Positions 54,507 to 64,000 of a stretch of 64,000 nt of DNA are shown here, one piece after another. The stretch's first letter is position 1. Every line of letters begins with the position of its first letter. This DNA is from Phaeosaccion multiseriatum (taxonomy: Eukaryota > Protista > Ochrophyta, other classes): positions 2,046,001 through 2,110,000 of the forward strand of contig OZ218954.1 in the NCBI GenBank assembly GCA_965112735.1. The letters are read 5' to 3'. Made by a program: the position numbers and the translations under genes. Under the pieces are notes generated by a model, which saw only the letters and a list, made by a program, of their open reading frames with translations, did no database searches and was not told where the DNA came from.

Positions 54507-55775
54507 ATGAAGCGGAGGTGTGTGAGGGGCTCTGTGGCAGCATCACTGGGGTGCGGGGTGCTTCTGGCAGCCGCAGGAGCAGCAAAAGCAGCAGCAACAG
54601 GAGCAGCAGCACCTCGTATTAGTAGTGTCTACGGTACCAGTAGGGCGCCACGGCACAGAACGCTGCAGACGGCGAACTCGTATGCTACCCAGACGGAACT
54701 CACCCTCTGCCTGGCCTCTGAAGAGAACAACGCCCCGGGAAGCTCGGTGACAGCAGAGGAGCTGCAGACGGCCATATCGTCTGTGCTAGGCCTATCAGAG
54801 GACACTCTGATTGCCGTGAGTGATGCTGTCGCGACTTGTCAGATCGGGGACTGGGAGGGCAGCGTCTCCATCTTTAACGAGGACTCTGAGGCACAAACCG
54901 CGGGGCAGATCGCCGAGGCACACATGGCCGCAGCCGGAGACGCCACTCGCGACTTTCTGAGCGACGTGGCGGCGGAGCTGTCCACTTCAAACCGGGAGCT
55001 GCGGGGGGGTGACTTCTCTTTGGAGAGGTTGGGGTTTGTGGTGGCGTGGACGACGGAGGACGGGGGGGTCGTCACCACTGTTCCTGCCGCCATCGCTTCG
55101 GACGTGAGTTCACGGTCCAGCAACAGCCACGACGACGTGCACCGCTTGTTCGGCTACGACGTGTATTGGCCGTGGTGGTTGTGGCTGCTGTACGCCCTGC
55201 TGGTGGCCTGCATCATTGCCCCGCTGATGTACCTGTGCATGTATCGCACGTTGGGTACGGTCAAGGCGGTGGACAACCCCACCCTACCTGGAGAGGGTAT
55301 ATCGCCCCCCCGTGTCATGGCACACCACCCCCGCCCTTCTTACGTGAACATGGCGCCAAATCGATCGCTGGCTCGGCAACAAGAGGCCCAGCGTGTAGCG
55401 CAGAGGAAAGAGAGACAGGAGAGGCAATCAATCAAGGCCAGAGCCGCGTATGAGGGAGGCGGCGGACGCAACACGGGGACAGATAGCGACACCGCCAACA
55501 ACGACTTTGCCGCCTACGTGAGCGGGGTGCCAGACGACTCCTATGTAGCACTGGGGGCCAGCAATGACAACAGCGTGGGCACGACGGGCCTGGAAGGATT
55601 AGGGTTGGAGCTGGGTGGCCTTCATCCGATAAGAGGCGTAGGACGGGCCCAGGGCAGTCGGGCTTCAACAGATCTGCCTGAGTCCCACTTCACGGGGTTT
55701 TATAGCGGAGGGGATATGGACGACTCCGACAACCCCGTTAGTTCCGACAACGAGCAATACGCACCAAGGCGGTAG
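54507..55775 (+). CDS. Intronless type-I membrane protein of unknown function (signal peptide, acidic ectodomain, one TM, disordered tail)
   Basis: 422-aa non-repetitive ORF; hydrophobic N-terminus; RHRTLQ; TM WPWWLWLLYALLVACIIAPLMYLCMY. Confidence 0.75.
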   Translation: MKRRCVRGSVAASLGCGVLLAAAGAAKAAATGAAAPRISSVYGTSRAPRHRTLQTANSYATQTELTLCLASEENNAPGSSVTAEELQTAISSVLGLSEDTLIAVSDAVATCQIGDWEGSVSIFNEDSEAQTAGQIAEAHMAAAGDATRDFLSDVAAELSTSNRELRGGDFSLERLGFVVAWTTEDGGVVTTVPAAIASDVSSRSSNSHDDVHRLFGYDVYWPWWLWLLYALLVACIIAPLMYLCMYRTLGTVKAVDNPTLPGEGISPPRVMAHHPRPSYVNMAPNRSLARQQEAQRVAQRKERQERQSIKARAAYEGGGGRNTGTDSDTANNDFAAYVSGVPDDSYVALGASNDNSVGTTGLEGLGLELGGLHPIRGVGRAQGSRASTDLPESHFTGFYSGGDMDDSDNPVSSDNEQYAPRR

Positions 55776-56467
55776 GGGGGGGGGGGAGAGAGAGAAGGAA
55801 GAGAGGTGTGGAGAGAGCGAGAGGGAGACGGCGACTCGGCGGGCCCTTCAAGAAGGGAGGCCTGGCTTCTCTTCATTTTCGTATTCCTGAGGAGTGAGTG
55901 TACAGATGATATGAAGCATGTCAACTCTCTCCGTCTTTGTGGCGGGGGAGACTGACATGCTTGCCGGCAGCGGCAGATGTGGTAGAGAGGAGGGCAGCAG
56001 CCCAAGCAAGCCCGAGGTGGCGGCTTCCACGCTTTCCTCGGAGGAGGAGGAGGAGGAGGAGGAGGAGCTTGGACTCCTCACATCCAAAGCAACGCCAGCA
56101 GCACTGGCAGCGACTCTTCTTGAGGGAGAGACGGCTTCCCCTGTTGGCCTGCCCTTAACTCTTTTCTTCCCCGCCCGCCACCCGCGGAGATGAGGCAGAC
56201 CGCAGGCAAAGCCTGTCTCGTGTGGCACCTTCAGTGCCATACGATAGGAGCAGCCCTTTTGGTGGATCTGACGCTTGTCGTCTGTCTACCCTAAGCGTCA
56301 GCCATAACGCCGTGTATCATCTGAGACATCTCAGACCAGCAACAGCACATAGTATAAGGATATAAAAAGTTTATTTCGCATTTTGTTTGCCGCAACATTA
56401 TTTGTGGCAAAATTTCACAAAAGGGCCCACAGTAATGCGCTCCCTGCCCCGCCCCCCCTGAAACACT

Positions 56468-56890
56468 CTAGGCAAGTGCTACTGTTGCTGCTGCTGCTGC
56501 CCCCCTGGGGCTCCCCTCTGGACTCCCTTGTCCTGACACCAACCCTTCGCCCTCCCCCACCCTGTCCGTCTGGAGAGGAGTGTCAAAGAAAGCGCTCAGC
56601 TCCACGCTTCCCTTGCCCTCCTGCTGCCCTGCTCCTGCCACCACTGCTACCGTCTGGTGCTCCTTCGTCTCTATTCCTCCTCCCCACCGTCCTCCTCCTC
56701 CTCCTGCTGCTCCTCCTCCTCCTCCTCCTCCTCCTCCTCCTCCTCCTCCTCCTCCTCCTCCTCCTCCTCCTCCTCCTCCTCCTCCTCCTCCTCCTCCTCC
56801 TCCTCCTCCTCCTCCTCCTCCTCCTCCTCCTCCTCCTCCTCCTCCTCCTCCTCCTCCTCCTCCTCCTCCTCCTCCTCCTCCTCCTCCTCC

Positions 56891-56924
<34 letters not shown>

Positions 56925-58858
56925 GGTTGTGGTGCTCCTACCATCTCTTGCGGTCCTTCTCCTGAGATCCCCGCGGCTGAATCTCCTACTCCTTCTCCTC
57001 CTCCTCCTCCTCGCCCTCCCCCCCCTGGTTGCAGAACCTTTACCTTGTAGGCCAGCGTCTTGCTCCTCAGCCTCGAGTACGAGTTGTCCCACACCAAAAT
57101 ACACGCCACCTCCTCCTCCCCCTCCCCCGCCTCAGCCTTCCACTTGCCGAGGAAGGTTTGCCCCGCCTCATACTGCTGCAGCCCAATCAAGTCTTCTTCT
57201 ACAGCACCGCCCAGCTCCCCCTGCACGCGTCTCCTCAGAGCAAAGCCCATGTTGTAATCCTTCACACGAAACTCCCAACAGATGGTGCAGCCCCGCTTGA
57301 TGACGTACGGGAGGGTGTAAGTCGAGCCCCTCGCCACCACCAGGTCGGTCATCTGCTCCGATTTGAGCACCTGACTGAAGCTGCTGGACTTATTCTCCTC
57401 GTCATTGGTTGCCATCTGCTCATCCACAAACTCCTCGAAGGACTTGGCCCCTGCTGCCACCACCGTCAGCACCTTGTCCGAAGTGTGCCTGCATCGCTCC
57501 TTCGCTCCCTGGGCGGTCGAGAGAAGCACACTCGTGGCGGTGTGGGCCTTGCCCTTGACGCTCGTCACCGTGCTCGTCGTGGCCTCCACAGCCCTTTCCA
57601 CCGCTGGTCGAGCGTACTCCTTACCGCTCTCCCAGTGGTCTCTCCCCTTCTCGGCCAGTCGCTGGGCAGTCTCTGTCGCCATGACCTTGGTGACAGTGGA
57701 CACGGCCGTCCCCACCACCGCCGTCCGCACCTGGCTCACTCTTGCCCATCTGCCCTCCTCTTGCTTCGCCCCTCCTTCTCCTTGTTCGCTTCCCTCCAAG
57801 CTAGACATGGTTGTGTGGGGGCTTCCCTTGTCACCGTCCCTCCTGTTACCTCTGCTGCTGCTGTTGCTGCTGCTGCTGCTACTACCGCTTGCCGGAGCGA
57901 CGATTGCGTGGTCACTCTCAGGCTCGAGGGTCGACTCCCGAGAGAGGGCGCTGATTGACTTCTTCTTTCTACGCGACGAAGCCGGCGGGTCTTGGGATGG
58001 AGAGAGGGAGGAAAAGTCGAAGCCGCTCCCCCCGCGACGAGTGCCTGGTGTAGGGGTGCCTGCCCCTCCTCCACTACCAGACGCCCGAGGACTCATCTGC
58101 CCGATCTCGTCAATAACCTGCTGAAGTTTGGCCCAGGGGCCTGTCAAGGCCGATCTACCGTCCCCGGAGGCAGCGGCAGTTGCAGGCGAAGGGCTCTCCA
58201 GACTGCACGTCGTCCCCTCCCCACCTCCTGCTCCTGCCTCCCCTCCTCCTTCGTGTAGAGACTCCTTCGTCTTCCTTGACGGGACTGCTGTCGACGCCCT
58301 CGTCTTCTTCTTGCCCTTCTTCTTGGCTCCGTCAATCTTCACCCCGCTGCTGCTGGTGGTGGTGGTGGCACTTCTGGTACTCTCGCTCCCTGAGACTGCT
58401 TCCGTTGGTGGCTCAAGTCCAATCGCGACTTGCTCCGCCGAAGCATCAGGGGGGGCAGCGCTATGGATGCACAGCCGCGGGGGTGACAACGCACCACCAG
58501 ATGTCTCTCTAAACGACGGAGTAGTGGTAGTGGTAGCAATCGCTTCCTCCTTGTCATCAGCAACAGTGCTGGGCTCGACGCTATCGCCGCCAACATCAAT
58601 CTCAAGCGTTTTGCTCTCTGTTGCTACCACTACTTCCCCCCCTCCGACCTCAGATGCCGTCGATGGCCCCCCCTCGGTTGCCGGCGCTGCAGCATCTCCA
58701 GCGAGAGCGGCATCACGTTGTCTGCTCGTCCCCTCTCCCACGACTTGCTCTTGGGCGGACTGCACCCCCTCCTCCTGCTGCGCAACTTGCTCCTCTTCTG
58801 TGCTTGCTGCTTCATTCTCCTCCAACGAAGGAGCTGCTGCCACCACGAAATGATCCAT
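56468..58858 (-). CDS. Intronless GOLD-domain protein (TMED8/SEC14-type C-terminal GOLD) with a long disordered N-terminus
   Basis: LVVARGSTYTLPYVIKRGCTICWEFRVKDYNMGFAL...ILVWDNSYSRLRSKTLAYKV. Confidence 0.85.
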
Positions 58859-59015
58859 CTCTTTTTTTTTTCTTTCTTTTTCTTTTGATCCGCTTGCGTC
58901 AAAACGTTACGCAGCCCGTCCAGTGCCTTCTCGACCTGACACCAGGCCGTCTGAAGTGCGAAAGTTGATCGAAAGTTCGATAAGACAGACAGAGCAAGCC
59001 CGAGACCGAGGAGCG

Positions 59016-61079
59016 ATGGACGCCCTGGAGGCTCTGGACAAGACCAAGGAGATCTTTCGGACGCCACCTCCCCTCAGCGATGCCGATCGCATCAGCTGCG
59101 GTGAGTATGGACAGGGAATAGAGAGGGGAAATCGAAGAGGGAAAGCATCGGGATGATGAGGGGGGAAGGACGGGTAATGCTGCTGCTGCTCATTTCGATC
59201 AAAGGGAGGACGGGTATATATAATGCAAGTTTGTTAGTGCGGCATTTTATTTCCCGGTGGCTGTTGCCGCTGCTATGCATTCTTGGCAGGCCCAAAATGT
59301 CTTCCACCGAAAAGTGGGGGGGAAGGGAGAGGGACGAAGACTGAGGGTCTGGGAGACAACCCTTCCGGCCCTCTCCTGTTTGCCGAGCTCGGGAGTGGTC
59401 TTGCCTGTCACCTCGTGCCTTTGCGTCATCGTGCTGTGTCAGCCCGCGCCGCACCTTGCAGCAACGCAGATTCTATCGAAAGGCCCCGCTTGGACCCTCT
59501 TGATTAATTTTGCTCGCCTCAGTCTGTCCTGGTTTCATCTTGCCAAGCTCTTCTCGCACCTACAGCCGCAATTACTCACGCCTTGGTCTTTGCGCAAAGA
59601 CGCCCTCTTACAGCTTGATTTGCCTCACTCACCTTACCCTCTCTCCGATGTCCTACTGAACCTAATTCACCACCCTCCCAACCCCCCAACACACAAACAC
59701 GCGCCCAAACACAGACGAGATGATAGCACAGGTAGAGGCAGCCACGAGCAAGATGCTGCTGGCCGAGAACTGGCAAGCCAACATGTCTCTCGTCGACAAT
59801 CTCAACAACTATCACTCCAGCGACGGCGCCACCCAATTGGTCATTGCAGAGGTCATTCGCATCGTGCGCAAGCGGCTGGGGAGCAAGGACCGCCGAACGG
59901 TGCTCATGGCCCTCTCTCTGGCGGAGACTCTTGTCAAGAACTGCGGGGACAGGGTGCATCAGGAGGTGTCAGGACAGCCTTTCATGAAGGCCATGACCAA
60001 GTTGGCGAGAGACCATGCCAAGGATAACAACAGCGACAGTCGGAGGATTACAGCCAAGACACTCGACCTTGTGCAGGCGTGGGGGGAGGCCTTCCTACCC
60101 AAGCGTAGGCAGTTCCCTCTGTTTGCAGAGACTTACTTCAACTTGAGGAAGGAGGGGTTCAAGTTCGAGGAGCAGTACAAACACGATAGACCGCCGGTGC
60201 TGGAGGTGGCGCCTGGGTCTGACTTGCTCAGCCACCAATCGCAAGAGGCCCAGAGAATGACGGAGCAGGCGCGGCAGCAGTCACAGCAGAGGCATCAGAG
60301 AATGAGCTCGGGAGGAGGAGCGAGAAGTGGCGGATATCGGGGGAGTGGTGGTGATAGTGGGGGGGGAGGAGGAGGAGGAGGAGGGGGTGGAGGAGGAGGG
60401 GGAGACGATCTTCTCGTGGGCACTGTGTCGTCCTGCACGGAGATGCTCCAGAGTATCTTGGACGCTGCAACAGACGTGGAGAGTCTGCGCAAAGACGACA
60501 TTGTCAACGACCTGAGCGCACAACTGATGGAGTCATCCCCCAAGCTACTCAAGCACATTGAGGGTAATAGTGAGGCCGCCCCAGAGACACTAGAGACACT
60601 GTTCCAGGTCAACGACGGCCTGGACAATGTGCTGAAGTTACTGACAGACATTCTTGAACAGAAGGTGGAGTTGCCGTTGCCAAAGAGGGCGACGGGAGCG
60701 TTGGGTCGGCTGCAGCAGGCACAGGGCGGCGACAGTAGCAGTAGTACTAGTGGTAGTAGAAGTAATGGTGAGGGAGGGGGAGGGAAGACCGTTCCCAAAC
60801 TCGACGGACCTGGCGGGGCAGCAGCGAGCTCTGCTTCGAAACCGTCTGGTGGTGGTGACCTTCTCGACTTCTCCAGCTTTGAGGAAGACGGAGGAGGAGC
60901 GGCACCACTTGCTGCACCGGTCCTGGCGCCTCAAATACCACCACTAGCAGCAACAGTTGGTGATACAGCAGCAGCAGGGGGCACGAGCGGTAGCGAGGCT
61001 GCTGGCCTGGACTTTTTTGGAAGCTTTGGGGTCAGCTCCGAGCCGCTGCAACCACAGCAGGGCACGCAGCAAAGCTCGC

Positions 61080-61116
<37 letters not shown>

Positions 61117-61627
61117 GCAGCAGCAGCAGCAGGGGAAGGAGGGGGCTCCGCAGTCTGTAAAGGCCAAGAGCATCCTCGAGGAGCTCGGCGCGTTAAATCT
61201 CGCGAGTGGTGCCAATGCTTCTTCCACCAGCACTGCCGCGAGAGGAATCGAGAACATGGGCATGGCGATGATGGGGGGAGGGATGGCAGCGATGGCCAAC
61301 AGCACCAGCAGCAGCACCACCGCCACCACCGGTGGTTGGGGAGGCTCCATGGGAGGGGCAGGAGCAGTAGCAGCAGCAGCAGGGGCACCAGGGGGAGCAG
61401 TTGGTGGTACAGCAGCGCCAGCGAGTATGATGGGTATGGCGGGTGGCCCAACAAACGGAGGGATGGGGAATCCTATTCCACCACTACCACAACCACAATC
61501 TCAAGCTCAGCAGGAGGCCCCCGCACCACCGGGCCACGTGTCCACCCCGAGCGGAAACCCTTTCGACGACCTTGTGGACGCGTCCTTCGCAGCGCAGCAA
61601 AAGCAGCAGCAGCCACCCTTCCCATAG
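59016..61627 (+). CDS. VHS-GAT domain adaptor (TOM1/TOL/GGA-like), 2 exons (59016-59100, 59715-61627)
   Basis: VEAATSKMLLAENWQANMSLVD, LMALSLAETLVKNCGDRVH, LDLVQAWGEAF, YFNLRKEGFKF; GAT-like LFQVNDGLDNVL; DLLDF clathrin-box-like motif; C-terminal NPFDD. Confidence 0.9.
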
Positions 61628-61795
61628 TGGTGAAGAGGTCGGAGCATACGCATCGCCAAAACTTGGAAATAGATACTTTTAATCTGCCATAAATAAAAAA
61701 AGTGTTTAGTTTTAGGAACTTGTTCTCATCCAAGGACGACAAACCGAGTCCCGAGTCCTCCCTCCCTCCCTCCCTCCCTCCCCCCTCTCTCCATC

Positions 61796-63267
61796 TCAGT
61801 CTCCCTCGTCGATGTCTTCCCTCCGCCGCCTGCCCTGTTTGAGCCAGTCCGGGACCTCGGTATACCCCATCCCTGCTCCCGTCCGAGCCGCCCCAAACCT
61901 CGAGCCCCCTGCTCCTCCTCCTCCTGCACTCCCCCCAAGCTGCTGCTGCTGCTGCTGCTGCTTCTCCTGCTGCTGCTGTATCACCAACTGCTGCCCCTGC
62001 CCCTGCTGCTGCCGCGGCGGGCCCTGATTAGATGTGGTTGCTGCACCTGCCCCTGCCTGTGCTTTCGCCCGTTCCTGCAGCGCGAAGCCTTTGGCTATGT
62101 ACATTTCGAGGTGCTCGTCTTCCATACACGCCTCCAGGCACTCCCTGTAGTGAGACAGTAGGTGCACGCCTATGCCAAAGGACAGGACAGGATGGGTGTT
62201 TTGAGGATGGCAGTGGATGGAGGGAGGAGGAGGATGAGGAGGAGGAGAGCGAAGGACGGGAGAGCGGTTCGACGGGTTAGGTAGGTATCATGTGGGAAAA
62301 GGAGTGGAGAGCCAGACTCAAGGTCCTGTGTGTGTGGGTTTGTGGGTGGTTCATAACGTGCGTTCCCAAAAGTATATGCAAAGAAACGAAGTGGGTGGAG
62401 AGGAGGGAAAGCGAATGGAAAGGCATTCACCCACCCACCTCCAGCTCCACAGACCAGTCCACCACCCCCTTCCATGCCGGCACACACACACCAAAGTCTG
62501 TGGTGGCTTTGGCACCCACCCAGCCACCCGGCCACCCACCTACCCACACACTCACCCACACACCCACCCACAAACACGCACACCCACCCACACACACACG
62601 CATACACACACGCACACACAAGCATACACACGCACACACACACACACACACACGCACACACACACACGCACACACACACACGCACACCACCACCCACGCC
62701 CGCACCCACACATCCACACACCTAGGTCGGTGGTGGCCTTGGTCCCGAACATATCCTCAACAATGGTGGGCGCCACGATGAAGGTGCCGTAGCACTCCGA
62801 GTCCACAAGCACCTTGCATCCCCCATGCCGATACGCAAAGCGAGGGATGGCGGTGATGAGGTCTCCGTCGCAAACCACACGGAAGTGATGGGTGCAGCGC
62901 GTCGCCAGCTTTTGGTTGAACAACCAATTGCCCACCCTTGGACTGCCGTACGTGTACATGGTCAAATCGTCGGGCAAATCAAAGTTCTCGCACACGTCGA
63001 ATGCCGCGAGCGTGGCCAGCGCCGCCCCCAGAGAGTGGCCGGTGATGTAGAGTGGGACGTAAGGCTTGTCGGGGTCCGTCAGCTCTCGCTGGAGTGCCTC
63101 TCCCACCCTCTCCCTCACGCGCATGTAAGCCTCCAAGAAGCCTCGATGCACCATGGGCATGGCCTGCCGAGCCACGGGAACGAACGACACAGCGGATCGA
63201 AAGCACACCCCAACCCCTTCCCAACACCCTACTCTGTGCCCGCCTGCTGTTGCTCCTGCTCCTCCTC

Positions 63268-63309
<42 letters not shown>

Positions 63310-63524
63310 ATGATGACGCCCTCCCGCCAGTGAGAGGTGTGTGGGAGGCCGCATCAGTAGCATTGTGACTTGAAGCGTCCCCTTCCCCTTCACCGTTTCC
63401 GAAGGAAAAGCTTCTACTCCTGCCCCCGTACAGGGGGGACATCTCACTCTCACCCCTCTCCCTCTCCGACTGGGACACATCACTCTCACTCCTCCCCTCT
63501 CGACCACCCTGGCTCGGCCGCCGC

Positions 63525-63560
<36 letters not shown>

Positions 63561-63780
63561 GGTCTCTGGGGGGTGTGGTGGCGTGGGCCCCCAACCTTGA
63601 CCCTCCTCCGATTGCGCGGCTTGAAATTTGGCAGGGGTACCTGCCCCGTCTTGAGATCTGTCTTGACGTTGGAGAGGTTGGCGGTGCCTCGAAAGGCAAG
63701 GACAAGGCGGTCTGTAGATCGGAGTAGGATGCATTTGGTCTCCATCTCTTCGTCTTCGATGAATGCGACCATCGTCATTC
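61796..63780 (-). CDS. Class-3 lipase, 3' part (exons 63780-62722 and 62169-61796); 5' end lies beyond the window
   Basis: LVLAFRGT, VHRGFLEAY, YITGHSLGAALA, YTYGSPRVGN, DGDLITAIP, HLLSHY; S-D-H triad intact. Confidence 0.93.
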
Positions 63781-64000
63781 CTGTGCAGCCCACAAAGAGA
63801 CAGGGACGGGGGAGGGGGGGAGAGAGGAGGGGAGAGGGGGATGGTTGGTGTGTGTAGGGGAAGTGGGAGAGGGAGAGAGAGAAAGGAGGAAGAGAGAGAA
63901 CGAGGGCCAGAGAGGGGAGGAGGGTGGGGGAGAGAGAGGGGGAGACGGAGACGGGTAGACAGAGAAGGCACGCGAAGGAAGACAGGGCAAGTGAGAGACA

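Noticed and set aside
55848-56240. Short ORFs between convergent genes
   Set aside because: Low complexity, no domain and no splice link found; likely 3' UTR sequence

Overview
Eukaryotic, intron-rich and extremely microsatellite-rich nuclear DNA. Several genes carry a signal peptide followed by a Phe-initiated transit peptide (HGF, ASF, TAF, QAF), which points to a photosynthetic stramenopile with a secondary red plastid; a eustigmatophyte-like alga is a guess. I could reconstruct 19 protein genes by hand using GT-AG splicing: a ZnT9-like CDF transporter, a plastid ferredoxin-fold protein lacking its Cys cluster motif, DUS3, pirin, a Zn-ribbon protein, a PsbP-domain protein, an aldo-keto reductase, an RVxF protein, an AMT transporter, a Tim17-family protein, a DGK1/phytol-kinase-family protein, Aurora kinase, a large CTFKP-repeat protein, a PX protein, an atypical plastid kinase, a type-I membrane protein, a GOLD protein, a VHS-GAT adaptor and a class-3 lipase. 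Most sit in head-to-head pairs. The most notable unexplained signals are: (1) a 16-nt word CAGTTGGTGATACAGC recurring in sense orientation in five unrelated genes, in different frames; (2) a 183-bp MITE with piggyBac-like CCCT..AGGG ends flanked by TCGA instead of TTAA; (3) the Cys-deficient plastid ferredoxin; (4) Aurora kinase sharing about 195 bp of upstream DNA with a possible TPX2/FAM161-like protein; (5) introns with a purine-rich 5' half and a pyrimidine-rich 3' half. No rRNA, tRNA or CRISPR array was recognised. Exon coordinates are hand-derived and no database searches were run.
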